Below are positions 37,210-46,800 of a stretch of DNA of 64,000 bases, piece by piece; the stretch's first letter is position 1; each line of letters opens with the position of its first letter. The notes below the pieces were generated by a model. It was not told the DNA's origin. It was given only the letters and a program-made list of their open reading frames with translations, and did not search any database. Source of the stretch: Candidatus Krumholzibacteriales bacterium (lineage in GTDB: Bacteria > Krumholzibacteriota > Krumholzibacteriia > Krumholzibacteriales > WJIX01); contig JAWODM010000034.1 of the NCBI GenBank assembly GCA_046483305.1, positions 32,001-96,000 of the forward strand, given 5' to 3'. Position numbers and translations under genes: made by a program.

Positions 37210-38589
37210 ATGAATAAATCAGTTTTGACTCTTATATTATTCATTCTGATAACCGTATCCGCTTTAGATGCTCTGGAAAGCGGCCCGGAGCCGGTGACCG
37301 TGCTGTTCACCAGCGATACCGAAGGCAAGGTAAGGCCATACGGGTGAGCGTCCAAAGCCGAAGGCGGAGTGGCCCGGAGGGCTGAAGGATTCAGAAGAGA
37401 ACTGGAAAAAGACGGTCAGGCACTTATCCTGTGCGCGGGTGATTTTTTCGGGGAAAAAGGTATCCTGGAGATGTTGAGGGGTAAATTCCTCGGCCGGATG
37501 ATGATGAAAATGGGTTACAGCGCAGTGGCGGTTGGAGAAAAGGAATTGAATTATCAGGGCAGGGCAATCCGCGATATTCGCAGCGAAGGGCTTCCCGTTA
37601 TCTGCGCGAACCTGTTCCGCGACGGAGTCAGGCTTTTCCCTCCCTATAAAATAGTAGAGAGACGGGGAAACAGAATAGGGATAATGGCCCTCCTGGATTC
37701 AGAGCTCCCGCCGGCCCCGGATATGGTCCTGGAGCCGCCTCTGGAGACAGGAAATTCCATTGCGGAGGAGCTTAAAGATAAAGGTTGCAATATTGTTATC
37801 CTTCTGGCCCATATGAAAAGGGAAAAGATAAGTGACCTGGCTCTTTCTATTGAAGGTGTTGACCTGATAATCCGGGGCCATGCCGAGAAGAAGTCTCTGG
37901 TCTATGATGACTGCAGCGACCGGTCCATAAAATCTTTTGAGGAATTCGGTGTTCCGGTACTTTTTGCCGGCGATAAGGGGAGAATAATAGGCAAAACAGT
38001 TCTGCTGCCATTTGAAGATGGCGGCTGTATGCTTGCCGATACCACCGTGATCCATCTTGATTCCTCATTCGAAACCGAAAATAATTATACCGCGCATGTG
38101 AATAATTATATGAGAGAGGAAGCCCGTAAGAAAAGCATCATGGAAGTCCGGAAGAATGTGGCCCGCGATGAGCGGGGGAATATCAGGCCGGTATACATGG
38201 GTATGCAGGTCTGCGGTAGATGCCACAGATCCATAGCGCACAAATTTTTATCTACCCGGCACTATAAGGCCTATCAAAGGGTAAGTGACAGGGATGACAG
38301 GGAATCATGTTTGAAATGCCATGCCACGGGTTACGGAGAGTATTCGGGGTTCGGCTCGGAAGAAGCCGCCAACAGGGATATTGAACTGAAGGGGGTTACC
38401 TGCGAGGAATGCCATGGGCCCGGAAGCGAGCACTCCCGGGACGGCAGGTATGTCGAAACAGCCAGGAATTCATGCCGGCGGTGTCACACTCCGGAAAGAT
38501 CTCCGGGTTTTGATTATCAGAAGTTCCTGAAGAAGGCTTGTTCGATTATGCGAGCCGATTCCACTGTCAGAGAGAGAGCGGTTCACTGA
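37210..38589 (+). CDS. Secreted selenoprotein: UshA/5'-nucleotidase-like domain fused to a tetraheme cytochrome c (459 aa, Sec at codon 46)
   Basis: ATG 37210 gives a signal peptide followed by VLFTSDTEGKVRPYG-TGA(37345-37347)-ASKAEGGVARR, in frame with track ORF 37369. Motifs AGDFF, LLAH and IRGH; four CXXCH. A Sec-type selD is in the same window. Confidence 0.8.
37348..37390 (+). promoter_or_regulatory. Candidate bacterial SECIS
   Basis: GGCCC-GGA-GGGCT stem-loop (37371-37383); the loop begins 28 nt after the UGA. Confidence 0.5.
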
Positions 38590-39392
38590 TGTTCTTATCT
38601 GTTCTGATCAACCGGGCTAAACAGAGGATTCTGAGTAATTGTGGCATTATCTCCGTTGCCATATTATCCATAATCGGTTTCGCGGCGCCGGATTCGTCCG
38701 GGGAATCCGGGGTAATGGTGCCGGGGATAAATCCCCGGGATATTACTTTCAGAGAGGGGGAGAGAGTTCAGTACCTGGTGATATCGGAGGCCTACGGTAT
38801 AAGGGATTCCTCCCTGGTAACCTTTTCGGTATTCAGGCGCACCGGGTCGGAAGCCGGGATAGAGATAGAATCAGCGCCGATCCCCGCGGACTCGGCCGAG
38901 GCCGTGGTAGTGCGTATTGTGCTTTCCGGGCAGGCCTTAAACCCCGGCTGCTCTGACAGCGACAGCCTCAGGTTCGAGTCGGTGATTCTGAAAAAGGGAT
39001 CTGAGCCATTCAGGGCCCTTACCGGTGAAGAGAAGGCTGAAATCGATATTAATGATTATTTCTTCGATCCATCGAAATACCGGAAAACTCCCCTCCCCCG
39101 GGATACATTGACCACCCCGGCGGGCGAGTTCTTCTGTGAATCAATGGAATTCACCAGAAGCAGCAGGGACGAAATGAACCTGGGAGGGAACAGAGCTGTA
39201 AGATTCGAGGAAGTGAAAGCTCTGCTATGGAGGTCCGAACAGGTTCCATTATGGGGGCTGGTAAGGAGCGAAGTGATAAGCAGCCGGCGGACTGAAATTG
39301 ACGACCCATCGATTCCGCGGGATATGCTCAAATCAGGCCGGAAATCATACCGGTCGATTCTGGTTTCCTATGTAGGTGTAAACAAGGAATAA
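38589..39392 (+). CDS. Hypothetical exported protein, translationally coupled to the selenoprotein
   Basis: TGATG overlap at 38587-38591, hydrophobic N-terminus, TPAGEF and VPLWGLV motifs. Confidence 0.65.
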   Translation: MFLSVLINRAKQRILSNCGIISVAILSIIGFAAPDSSGESGVMVPGINPRDITFREGERVQYLVISEAYGIRDSSLVTFSVFRRTGSEAGIEIESAPIPADSAEAVVVRIVLSGQALNPGCSDSDSLRFESVILKKGSEPFRALTGEEKAEIDINDYFFDPSKYRKTPLPRDTLTTPAGEFFCESMEFTRSSRDEMNLGGNRAVRFEEVKALLWRSEQVPLWGLVRSEVISSRRTEIDDPSIPRDMLKSGRKSYRSILVSYVGVNKE

Positions 39393-39606
39393 GGTTACGG
39401 AGACCAAAAATTCCAGTTTTTCCGTAACAATCTTGGGCGAGGGGCTTGCCAAGAATCCGGATTAATGCTATATTGATAATTAAGTTGATGTGGAATTAGG
39501 TGTACTGCCGGAACAGTCATTTATAGCATCTCATTGTAATAGTTGCAGGATAACATGCTCTTTTCCACGATGAAGTTGTTCTATGTACCAGGGACGGGAG
39601 GAAAAG

Positions 39607-39798
39607 ATGACCTTGAGTGGCAAGGATGATAGTGTCCTAAAGAAAACCAAGAGGTATGTGAAGTATCATCAACTGCTGACCAAAGCCAGAGAAGATGGAC
39701 GTATCGGGGGAGAATTCAAATGCCCGGTTTGCGGCATGAGTTACCATACTTCTGATAAGGCTGATAATTGCTGCAGGATTGAAGGCGAAAGTCTGTAG
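39607..39798 (+). CDS. Small Zn-finger-like protein
   Basis: FKCPVCGMSYHTSDKADNCC; GGGAG RBS. Confidence 0.6.
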   Translation: MTLSGKDDSVLKKTKRYVKYHQLLTKAREDGRIGGEFKCPVCGMSYHTSDKADNCCRIEGESL

Positions 39799-39808
39799 GT
39801 ATGATTAT

Positions 39809-40231
39809 ATGAAGAAAGGAAAAGTTAAAAGGACGAAAGAAAAAATTGAACAGTACTGTTCTGTTTGCAAGGACACTTTCGAAATGGAAGTGGTGCGGAA
39901 TGATGACGATAACGGGGGTGTTCCGTGGCTGAAATGCCCCGGCTGCGAAGGATTCCTTCCCTATATGGGCGAGGATGAAGCTGAGGAAGGCGATGACGAT
40001 GAAGAACAGCAGGAACTGGCACCGGAAGACCTCTCCTCTGAAGACAGGGAAAACGCCAAAGTCTACAACCAGGCCGCAGAGTATAACATAGACGACGTTA
40101 TCTATCAGCGTTCATGGAATGACTACGGGAAGGTTCTGGACAAGGAGGTTTTACCCGGAGGGAGAAAGGTGATTGTGGTACAGTTCATTAATCAGGGCAG
40201 GATCCGTCTACTTGAAGGAGCGGAGCAGTAA
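39809..40231 (+). CDS. Zn-ribbon, acidic linker and SH3/Tudor-like hypothetical protein
   Basis: CSVC...CPGC, a D/E-rich linker and YNIDDVIYQRSWNDYGKV. Confidence 0.65.
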   Translation: MKKGKVKRTKEKIEQYCSVCKDTFEMEVVRNDDDNGGVPWLKCPGCEGFLPYMGEDEAEEGDDDEEQQELAPEDLSSEDRENAKVYNQAAEYNIDDVIYQRSWNDYGKVLDKEVLPGGRKVIVVQFINQGRIRLLEGAEQ

Positions 40232-40239
40232 GAGTAACC

Positions 40240-41019
40240 TTGAAGAGAATTATTTATCTTCTTGCAGCCGTTTCATTGGTATTTTTCCAATCCACTGCTG
40301 CTGGAGCGGCTAACGGCTATGTGGATTTCCCATCATTTTTCAACAGCATCGATTCTTCCAGTGTTATTACCGAATTCGGTTTTTCCATCTTCGACGAAGA
40401 TGCCGGATACCTGTATTCCTCCTCGGCATCAGGGAGAATAAACGACAGGCTTACCGGCAGTTTTGACGCCTGCTATTTTTCAATAAACAGAGATGACAGG
40501 ATTCAGTTCGGATTCGGAGATTTCACAATCAATCTGACATTTCAGGCATCCGGAGACAGCCTGGGAACCAGCGGTATCTTTCTGAGAACAGATATCAGGC
40601 TTCCCTCCGGGGCGAAAGCTCTGCAGCCATTCGCCAGCAGGTCCTTTGACGGGGGGGCGGGGATGGAGCTCCGCGACAGATTCTCACTGTTTACCGTAAG
40701 ACTGGCGGGAACCTATACCTTCGCCGAAGAAAGGAACGCGGAGGGAATTTATCCTCACAGCAACTACTCGATACTGGCCGCCTCAGCCGGTATGGATATA
40801 GGCCCGGCCCGGTTAATGGCCTCCGGTTACTGGGTGGATTACCGGAAGAGCGGCGACCGCCGGGTTCTTCTGTCCAGTCTGTCAGGGCGGCTTTCTGAGA
40901 ATTTCAGCATTATTCTTACTGGCGGAGTGGAGGCGGGAGATGATTACGAGCGATTGTTCGATTCCATATTTTCACTGAGGCTCGCCTACCGTTTTCCTTC
41001 AGCTGAGAATGAACAGTAG
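40240..41019 (+). CDS. Putative outer-membrane beta-barrel protein
   Basis: Signal peptide, GFGDF, DIRLPSG and C-terminal LAYRF. Confidence 0.6.
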   Translation: MKRIIYLLAAVSLVFFQSTAAGAANGYVDFPSFFNSIDSSSVITEFGFSIFDEDAGYLYSSSASGRINDRLTGSFDACYFSINRDDRIQFGFGDFTINLTFQASGDSLGTSGIFLRTDIRLPSGAKALQPFASRSFDGGAGMELRDRFSLFTVRLAGTYTFAEERNAEGIYPHSNYSILAASAGMDIGPARLMASGYWVDYRKSGDRRVLLSSLSGRLSENFSIILTGGVEAGDDYERLFDSIFSLRLAYRFPSAENEQ

Positions 41020-41183
41020 AGGTATTTCCATTTTTCCCGACTGCAAAATGCGGAAACCGTCATTTCCCGTAATTCCCCATTGTACCTGAAATGGGTTAAC
41101 CGTATAGCATCATTACCGTTAATACAAGGCACGCCTCTTGCTTTTTCTTCTGGCAAGCATCGATAGAGAAAGGCACTACATCT

Positions 41184-42572
41184 ATGATTAAAAGCAACGG
41201 CTTTGAACCTTTTCTGGATATGTTGAAAGAGCTCTCAGAAACCCTCGACCAGGGATTGGTGTTATTCGGGGGCCGGAACAGCTTCGCGAATGAAAGGGCG
41301 GTTTTGCTCCTGGATGCCGGGACTCCGGACCAGGCGGTTGAGATTGTAAGGGACAAATTCCCCGGATTAAACGGATCCGGCCGGCTGGAAAAGGGCGTAC
41401 GCACCGCATTTGTTGAGAGCGGAAATCCCGGTGTGGGCGGAAGCAGGCTGCTGGGACTGGAGCTTCATAATGTCGAAACAGGAGGTTCAGAATGCCTGAA
41501 TTACGTTCTCCTCCGAGACTTTTCATACTGGAGCAATCAGGATGAGATGCGTAAGGAATTTATCAGTTCCATATCCCATCGGCTCAGAACGCCTATTACT
41601 TCAATACATCACGCACTGGAGGTTATCAATGACCGGAAAACTTCCGCTACAGAGGAAGAGTGGTCCAGGTTTCTGAATATCGGCCTGAGGAACATTCATA
41701 AACTGATATCTCTGGTGGATGAACTCCAGAAACTCTACATGGTTCAATCGGAAGAGAAAAAAGGCTGCAGGGGCCTCTTCAGAATAGGGGACGAGGTATA
41801 TTCCTGTTTCTACAGGCTGGACCGGGAAGGAACAATAGAAGGGTTCGAACTGGAGAGCTGCGACTGCGCCGTATTCACGCAGATAAGCAGAGTTGAGACA
41901 TTCGTTGCCACTGCCGCGGACCTTTTCAGGAAATGGCTTGGCGTACCGCCCTGCCTTCATGTAAAGATAACCGGGCCGGATTATCAGACGGATAGAGGCG
42001 GGATAGAGATTTCGATTCGCTGTGAAAGCAAGAGGGAAGATTCTGAAACCCTGAGGGACTACCTTTATTATTCAGAATCACACCGCTCCCTTATTATGGA
42101 AAGGCTTGCCATCTCTCTGGAGGGAAAGATGGGTGTGGGCCCCGGCCCCCGGATAACCTTATCGATTCCGGAGTGCCCCGTTTTCGACAGAGAAAAAGAC
42201 CTTATCTATCCGCTTAACTCAATAATCGAAGAAGCGAGGGCCGGATGCAGTTGCTTCTGCCTGATAGACCTTGGCCTGGGCCGGCCCTGTTCTGTAAGGG
42301 GGGAAGTTCTCAGAAAACTGCTGGGAGAATCCCTTGGAAGGGCGGGCCATCCCTATATATCGATGGGTGAGAGGGATCAGAGTTATCTGCTCTTTTTCAA
42401 AACCGGTTCCGTTAACGAGGCCGAGGACTGGATGGAGGAGCTCAACGAGAGATTCATCGAACAGCTCGGATCGGAAGGAATTCCATACCGGGGAGGCTTG
42501 AAGTGGGATATTAAGCTGAAGAAAGTTACGGATCAGGAGTCTGCCGTGCTTTCGCTGGCTGATATCTGCTGA
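41184..42572 (+). CDS. Degenerate histidine-kinase-like protein (HisKA segment only)
   Basis: EFISSISHRLRTPITSI; no recognisable N or G boxes. Confidence 0.6.
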   Translation: MIKSNGFEPFLDMLKELSETLDQGLVLFGGRNSFANERAVLLLDAGTPDQAVEIVRDKFPGLNGSGRLEKGVRTAFVESGNPGVGGSRLLGLELHNVETGGSECLNYVLLRDFSYWSNQDEMRKEFISSISHRLRTPITSIHHALEVINDRKTSATEEEWSRFLNIGLRNIHKLISLVDELQKLYMVQSEEKKGCRGLFRIGDEVYSCFYRLDREGTIEGFELESCDCAVFTQISRVETFVATAADLFRKWLGVPPCLHVKITGPDYQTDRGGIEISIRCESKREDSETLRDYLYYSESHRSLIMERLAISLEGKMGVGPGPRITLSIPECPVFDREKDLIYPLNSIIEEARAGCSCFCLIDLGLGRPCSVRGEVLRKLLGESLGRAGHPYISMGERDQSYLLFFKTGSVNEAEDWMEELNERFIEQLGSEGIPYRGGLKWDIKLKKVTDQESAVLSLADIC

Positions 42573-42644
42573 ATAACCTGCCCGAAATGATTAATAATTG
42601 CCGGCCCCGCCGGCTGATCCTCTGAATCCCGTACCATTCGCTTC

Positions 42645-43913
42645 CTATACCGGGACCGTTTTCTTCCTGTTTTTCCTATTCTGTCCCGCTTCATTCCTGG
42701 CTTTAAGAGATAGCAGCAGAATGCTGAGAGGATCGTCGATGGTTCTTTTCACTTTGGGCAGATGGTTGTAGAAGACGTACCTTCCCCTGTCGAAATTCAT
42801 AATGGAATGGAAAGCCTCTCTGCCGGATTCCGCTCTGTAACTGGCGTGAATTATTTCTCCCCGCCTGAAAAATATCTTCCCGCTGGCCCTGTCCCCGGAA
42901 ATTTCCAGCCAGCCGGTTTTAAGATTGCTGTTTAGCAGCGAGACTATATCCAGGATCGGGATGAGGTTGAGATTCCCCTGCAGAGGGTAAGCCCTTCCCT
43001 CTCCGCGCTTGCTGATAAAGACCGCTACAAGAATTATTGACGCTGCCAGGAGCAGAGCGGCTACGTGGCTCAGGGAAATGGATGGAAAGGATACCGATCC
43101 GCTCTTTCCCTCTTTTTCTTTCCCCTGATTATTATCTGCCTCTGCTTCTTCCAGCTCCTGCTTCTCGGTGAGCAGATTGAGTTCTTCGAGCTTCTCATTG
43201 GCCCAACGGTTGGAAGGTTCCCTGATAAGTAAGGCCTCCAGGGCTTTTTTCGCTTCTTCCCTTCCGCTGTGAGAATAATTGGCCACCAGATCCGCCACCC
43301 GCTCTTTTTCTTTTCTGATTGAATTTTCTGAAATTCTCCTGTCTGCCGTTTTCATCAGTGTGTCAATCTCGGGATTGCCCGGATCTCTCTCATACGCCTG
43401 TTCGATGTAATTCCTGGCGGTTTCGGGGCTTCCCAGCGCCAGATGGCATCTGGCCAGATTAATTAGAGGTACCGGATCGTAAGGTTTTATGCCGTGATAC
43501 AGCGAGAGTTTGGGAAGGGCGGAGGTGTATTCTCCCATACTCATAAGTTCTTCCGCCTCCGAAAAAAGTTTCTGGACCAGTATCTTTTCCATTCTCTTGA
43601 GTTTTTCCCTGGCCCAGGAGGCATCAGGGCTCTGCGCCAGTCCTCTCAGAAGAAGCTCCCGGGCGTGTTCGAGCTTTCCCCTGCTTTCATATATCTGTGA
43701 AAGTTGCCATATCGCCGAGGTGAAACCGGGGTCATTCTGAAGAGAAAGTTTCAGCAGCTTTTCGGCCTGGACGTCGTCTCCGGCGGATAATTTCTTCTGG
43801 GCCTCGACGAAGAGATTCTCGGCTTTGATTCTGTCCGCGGCCGGAGAATTCTCAGCGAAAGTAAGAAACGCCAGAATTATTATGGCGGGTTTGAAATATC
43901 TGTCCAATTTCAT
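42645..43913 (-). CDS. TPR-repeat protein with a TM segment and C-terminal DUF4388/PATAN-like domain
   Basis: Signal peptide from ATG 43913, TPR repeats, a TM helix and LQGNLNLIPILDIV...KTGWL...GKIFFRRGEIIHA. Confidence 0.75.
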   Translation of the reverse strand: MKLDRYFKPAIIILAFLTFAENSPAADRIKAENLFVEAQKKLSAGDDVQAEKLLKLSLQNDPGFTSAIWQLSQIYESRGKLEHARELLLRGLAQSPDASWAREKLKRMEKILVQKLFSEAEELMSMGEYTSALPKLSLYHGIKPYDPVPLINLARCHLALGSPETARNYIEQAYERDPGNPEIDTLMKTADRRISENSIRKEKERVADLVANYSHSGREEAKKALEALLIREPSNRWANEKLEELNLLTEKQELEEAEADNNQGKEKEGKSGSVSFPSISLSHVAALLLAASIILVAVFISKRGEGRAYPLQGNLNLIPILDIVSLLNSNLKTGWLEISGDRASGKIFFRRGEIIHASYRAESGREAFHSIMNFDRGRYVFYNHLPKVKRTIDDPLSILLLSLKARNEAGQNRKNRKKTVPV

Positions 43914-44148
43914 TATAGTTTCCTCCGTTATTTTATTCAGCAAATACTGTTCCACAGGAATACGAAATTACCGATTGAAGTAGTGACTGAACTTCTGTTA
44001 ATATTCGAGATGCGTTAATTAAACAGGGCCGGCAGCGGTGGGAAATCACGCCCGTTGTTCCGGCTGTATTAATCTATCGGATTGATTATCAGAAAGTTAC
44101 GGTTTTGAAAATTGAATCCGGATTGTAAGATTCCAGAAGGAGGATATA

Positions 44149-45300
44149 ATGGATTTCGGATTGAGTGAAGACCAGAAGGCAATACAGGAATCGGCGCGTT
44201 CTTTCGCAAAGGGTGAATTTACAAGGGAATTGGCGGAGAAGCATGAACTCGAACACTCCTTCCCCAGGGATATATGGCAGAAGGCCTGCCAGAACGGTTT
44301 CATAGGTCTTCACTTCCCCGCTGAATTCGGCGGTGTGGGCCTTAATATTCTGGAAAACGTACTGGTGGTGGAGGAATTCTGCAGAAGGGATTCCGGGATA
44401 GGGACCGCCCTGGCTCTTTCAGATTTCGCTTCTGAAATCATTATGCGGTTCGGTTCCGATCAGCAGAAGGAGCGGTATCTTCCGGCGGTGGCCTCAGGGA
44501 AGATGATCTCCGCTGGCGCCTTCACAGAACCGAATCACGGAAGCGATATTACAGAGATGGACACCAGAGCGGTAAAGGATGGAGACGAATGGGTAATCAA
44601 CGGTTCGAAGATGTTTATAACCAACGGTGAAATAGCCGATTTCTATATTGTTCTCTGCCAGGTGGATCCGGATGCCGATCCCAGTTACAGGGGCATGGCC
44701 ACATTCATAGTGGACAGGGATGCCGAAGGGGTCTCCACCGAGGATGCAGGGCATAAGATGGGTATTAAGATGACCTCTACGGCTGAAGTGGTTTTTGACG
44801 ATGTCAGGATTCCCGCGGATAATATAATAGGCGAGGAGGGGAAAGGATTTTACCAGGTCCTGGAATTCTTCGATGAGAGCCGTATCGAGATAGCGGCTAC
44901 CGCGCTGGGTATCGCCGCCGGAGCGATGGACCGCGCCGTTAATTATGCTAATGAAAGGAAGCAGTTTTCGAGGCCGATTATCAAGTTCCAGGCGACTCAG
45001 CACAAGATCGCGGAAATGGCCAGCATGATAGAGGCGGCAAGGCTGGTTACGTACAAGGCGGCCTGGAATTTTGATCAGGGCAATATAGACCCTAAATTAA
45101 CTTCCATAGCTAAATATCTGGCTGGAAGAACTGCGGTGAAAGTAGCGGACGAAGCGGTACAGATACATGGCGGTTACGGATACATGCTGGAGTATGAAGT
45201 GGAGCGGTTTTACCGTGACGCCAAAATAGCTGAAATCTATGAAGGGACCAAGGAGATCCAGAAGAATACCATAGCGAGCCAGATAATCAGGGAATTATAA
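44149..45300 (+). CDS. Acyl-CoA dehydrogenase
   Basis: FTEPNHGSD, INGSKMFITNG, QIHGGYGY and IYEGTKEIQ. Confidence 0.95.
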   Translation: MDFGLSEDQKAIQESARSFAKGEFTRELAEKHELEHSFPRDIWQKACQNGFIGLHFPAEFGGVGLNILENVLVVEEFCRRDSGIGTALALSDFASEIIMRFGSDQQKERYLPAVASGKMISAGAFTEPNHGSDITEMDTRAVKDGDEWVINGSKMFITNGEIADFYIVLCQVDPDADPSYRGMATFIVDRDAEGVSTEDAGHKMGIKMTSTAEVVFDDVRIPADNIIGEEGKGFYQVLEFFDESRIEIAATALGIAAGAMDRAVNYANERKQFSRPIIKFQATQHKIAEMASMIEAARLVTYKAAWNFDQGNIDPKLTSIAKYLAGRTAVKVADEAVQIHGGYGYMLEYEVERFYRDAKIAEIYEGTKEIQKNTIASQIIREL

Positions 45301-45397
45301 TTCCTGCTTCCGGGTGATTATTCCCTGAAGGATAATTTGTCCGGCTGCTGGACAGGAACATGTTACTGTTTGATATAATCAGCCAGGAGGGAAGTTG

Positions 45398-46756
45398 ATG
45401 CCAGGATATGATCTGATTGTGCTCGGCGGCGGGCCCGCGGGATACCCGGCAGCAATCCGGGCGTCTCAGCTGGGGGCGCGGGTCTGCCTTATCGAAGCGG
45501 AAAAACTGGGAGGGGTTTGCCTGAACTGGGGATGTATACCTACCAAGACCATGCATGCGGCGGCGCACCTGATGGAGGCCGGCAGGTCCTTGGATTTTGC
45601 GGACCTTTCCGATGTTGATATGAAATCGCTCTCCGAACACCGAGCGAAGGTAGTGGACAGGCTGGTTTCCGGAGTCCGGAAACTTCTGAAAAAGCGGGGT
45701 GTGGAAGTAATAAGTGGCAGGGGGAGGATTATATCGCCCAGTGAGGTGAAGATCGATTCCGGGGATACCGTAAAAGGGGATAAAATTATCATAGCGACCG
45801 GCTCTTCCGCCATGAACCTGCCCGGTATGGAATTCGACGGCAAGCTGATATTGAGCAGCAAGGACCTGTTGAACCTGGATTATCTTCCTTCTTCTCTTCT
45901 CATTATAGGAGGAGGGGTTATCGGTTCGGAATTCGCTTCCATATTCAACGCCCTGGGGACCGGGGTGACGGTGGTTGAAATGCTCCCTTCGCTGGTGTCG
46001 GGAGAATCGGACAGGGTCAGCAAGTATCTCCGCATGTTTTTCAGAAAGAAGGGTATTGAGGTGCATCTCGGCTCCAGAGTGGAGAAGATTGAAAAGAGCG
46101 GCGACGGGATTACAGCTCATCTGGAGGACGGTACCGTGATAGAGAGCAGCGCGGCGGTTCTCTCGGTGGGAAGAGTTCCCAATATTGAGGATATAGGCTT
46201 GCGGGAGGTTGGAATCGAGACGAAGGACTCCGCCATCAGGGTAAATGGCAGAATGGAGACCAATGTGAAGGGAGTTTACGCCGCCGGCGACGTAGTGGGG
46301 GGGTATCTGCTCGCTCATGCAGCAACCAGGGAAGGGCTGGTGGCTGCGGAAAATGCGATGGGGGTCGATAGAGAGATAGATTATTCCCTGGTGCCGTCAA
46401 CGGTGTATACCATCCCGGAGATAGCGCACGTGGGGCTTAACATGGAGGAAGCTGAATCGAAGGGATTAAAATGTGCCAGCGGACAGTTCCCCTTCTCCGC
46501 TAACGGCAAAGCCCTGGGAATGGACGAACCGGATGGGTTCGCCGGCTGGGTCGCTGAGGAGGAAAGCGGAAAGCTGCTGGGGCTTCACATAATCGGGCCT
46601 GACGCTACCGAACTGGTTTCCATAGGCACTGTGGCGGTGAGTAACGGGATGACCGCCGAGGAATTCGAAGCTCTCATATTCCCTCACCCCACACTCGGTG
46701 AAGCGATATTCGAAGCGGCTGAAGATATTAACTCGAAATCTGTTCATCTTCTTTGA
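45398..46756 (+). CDS. lpdA: Dihydrolipoamide dehydrogenase
   Basis: GGGPAG, GGVCLNWGCIPTK, GGGVIG and HPTLGE. Confidence 0.95.
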   Translation: MPGYDLIVLGGGPAGYPAAIRASQLGARVCLIEAEKLGGVCLNWGCIPTKTMHAAAHLMEAGRSLDFADLSDVDMKSLSEHRAKVVDRLVSGVRKLLKKRGVEVISGRGRIISPSEVKIDSGDTVKGDKIIIATGSSAMNLPGMEFDGKLILSSKDLLNLDYLPSSLLIIGGGVIGSEFASIFNALGTGVTVVEMLPSLVSGESDRVSKYLRMFFRKKGIEVHLGSRVEKIEKSGDGITAHLEDGTVIESSAAVLSVGRVPNIEDIGLREVGIETKDSAIRVNGRMETNVKGVYAAGDVVGGYLLAHAATREGLVAAENAMGVDREIDYSLVPSTVYTIPEIAHVGLNMEEAESKGLKCASGQFPFSANGKALGMDEPDGFAGWVAEEESGKLLGLHIIGPDATELVSIGTVAVSNGMTAEEFEALIFPHPTLGEAIFEAAEDINSKSVHLL

Positions 46757-46800
46757 ATGAAGCCGAGTATTCAGACCATAATCGAGGGAGGCTGCAGAAA

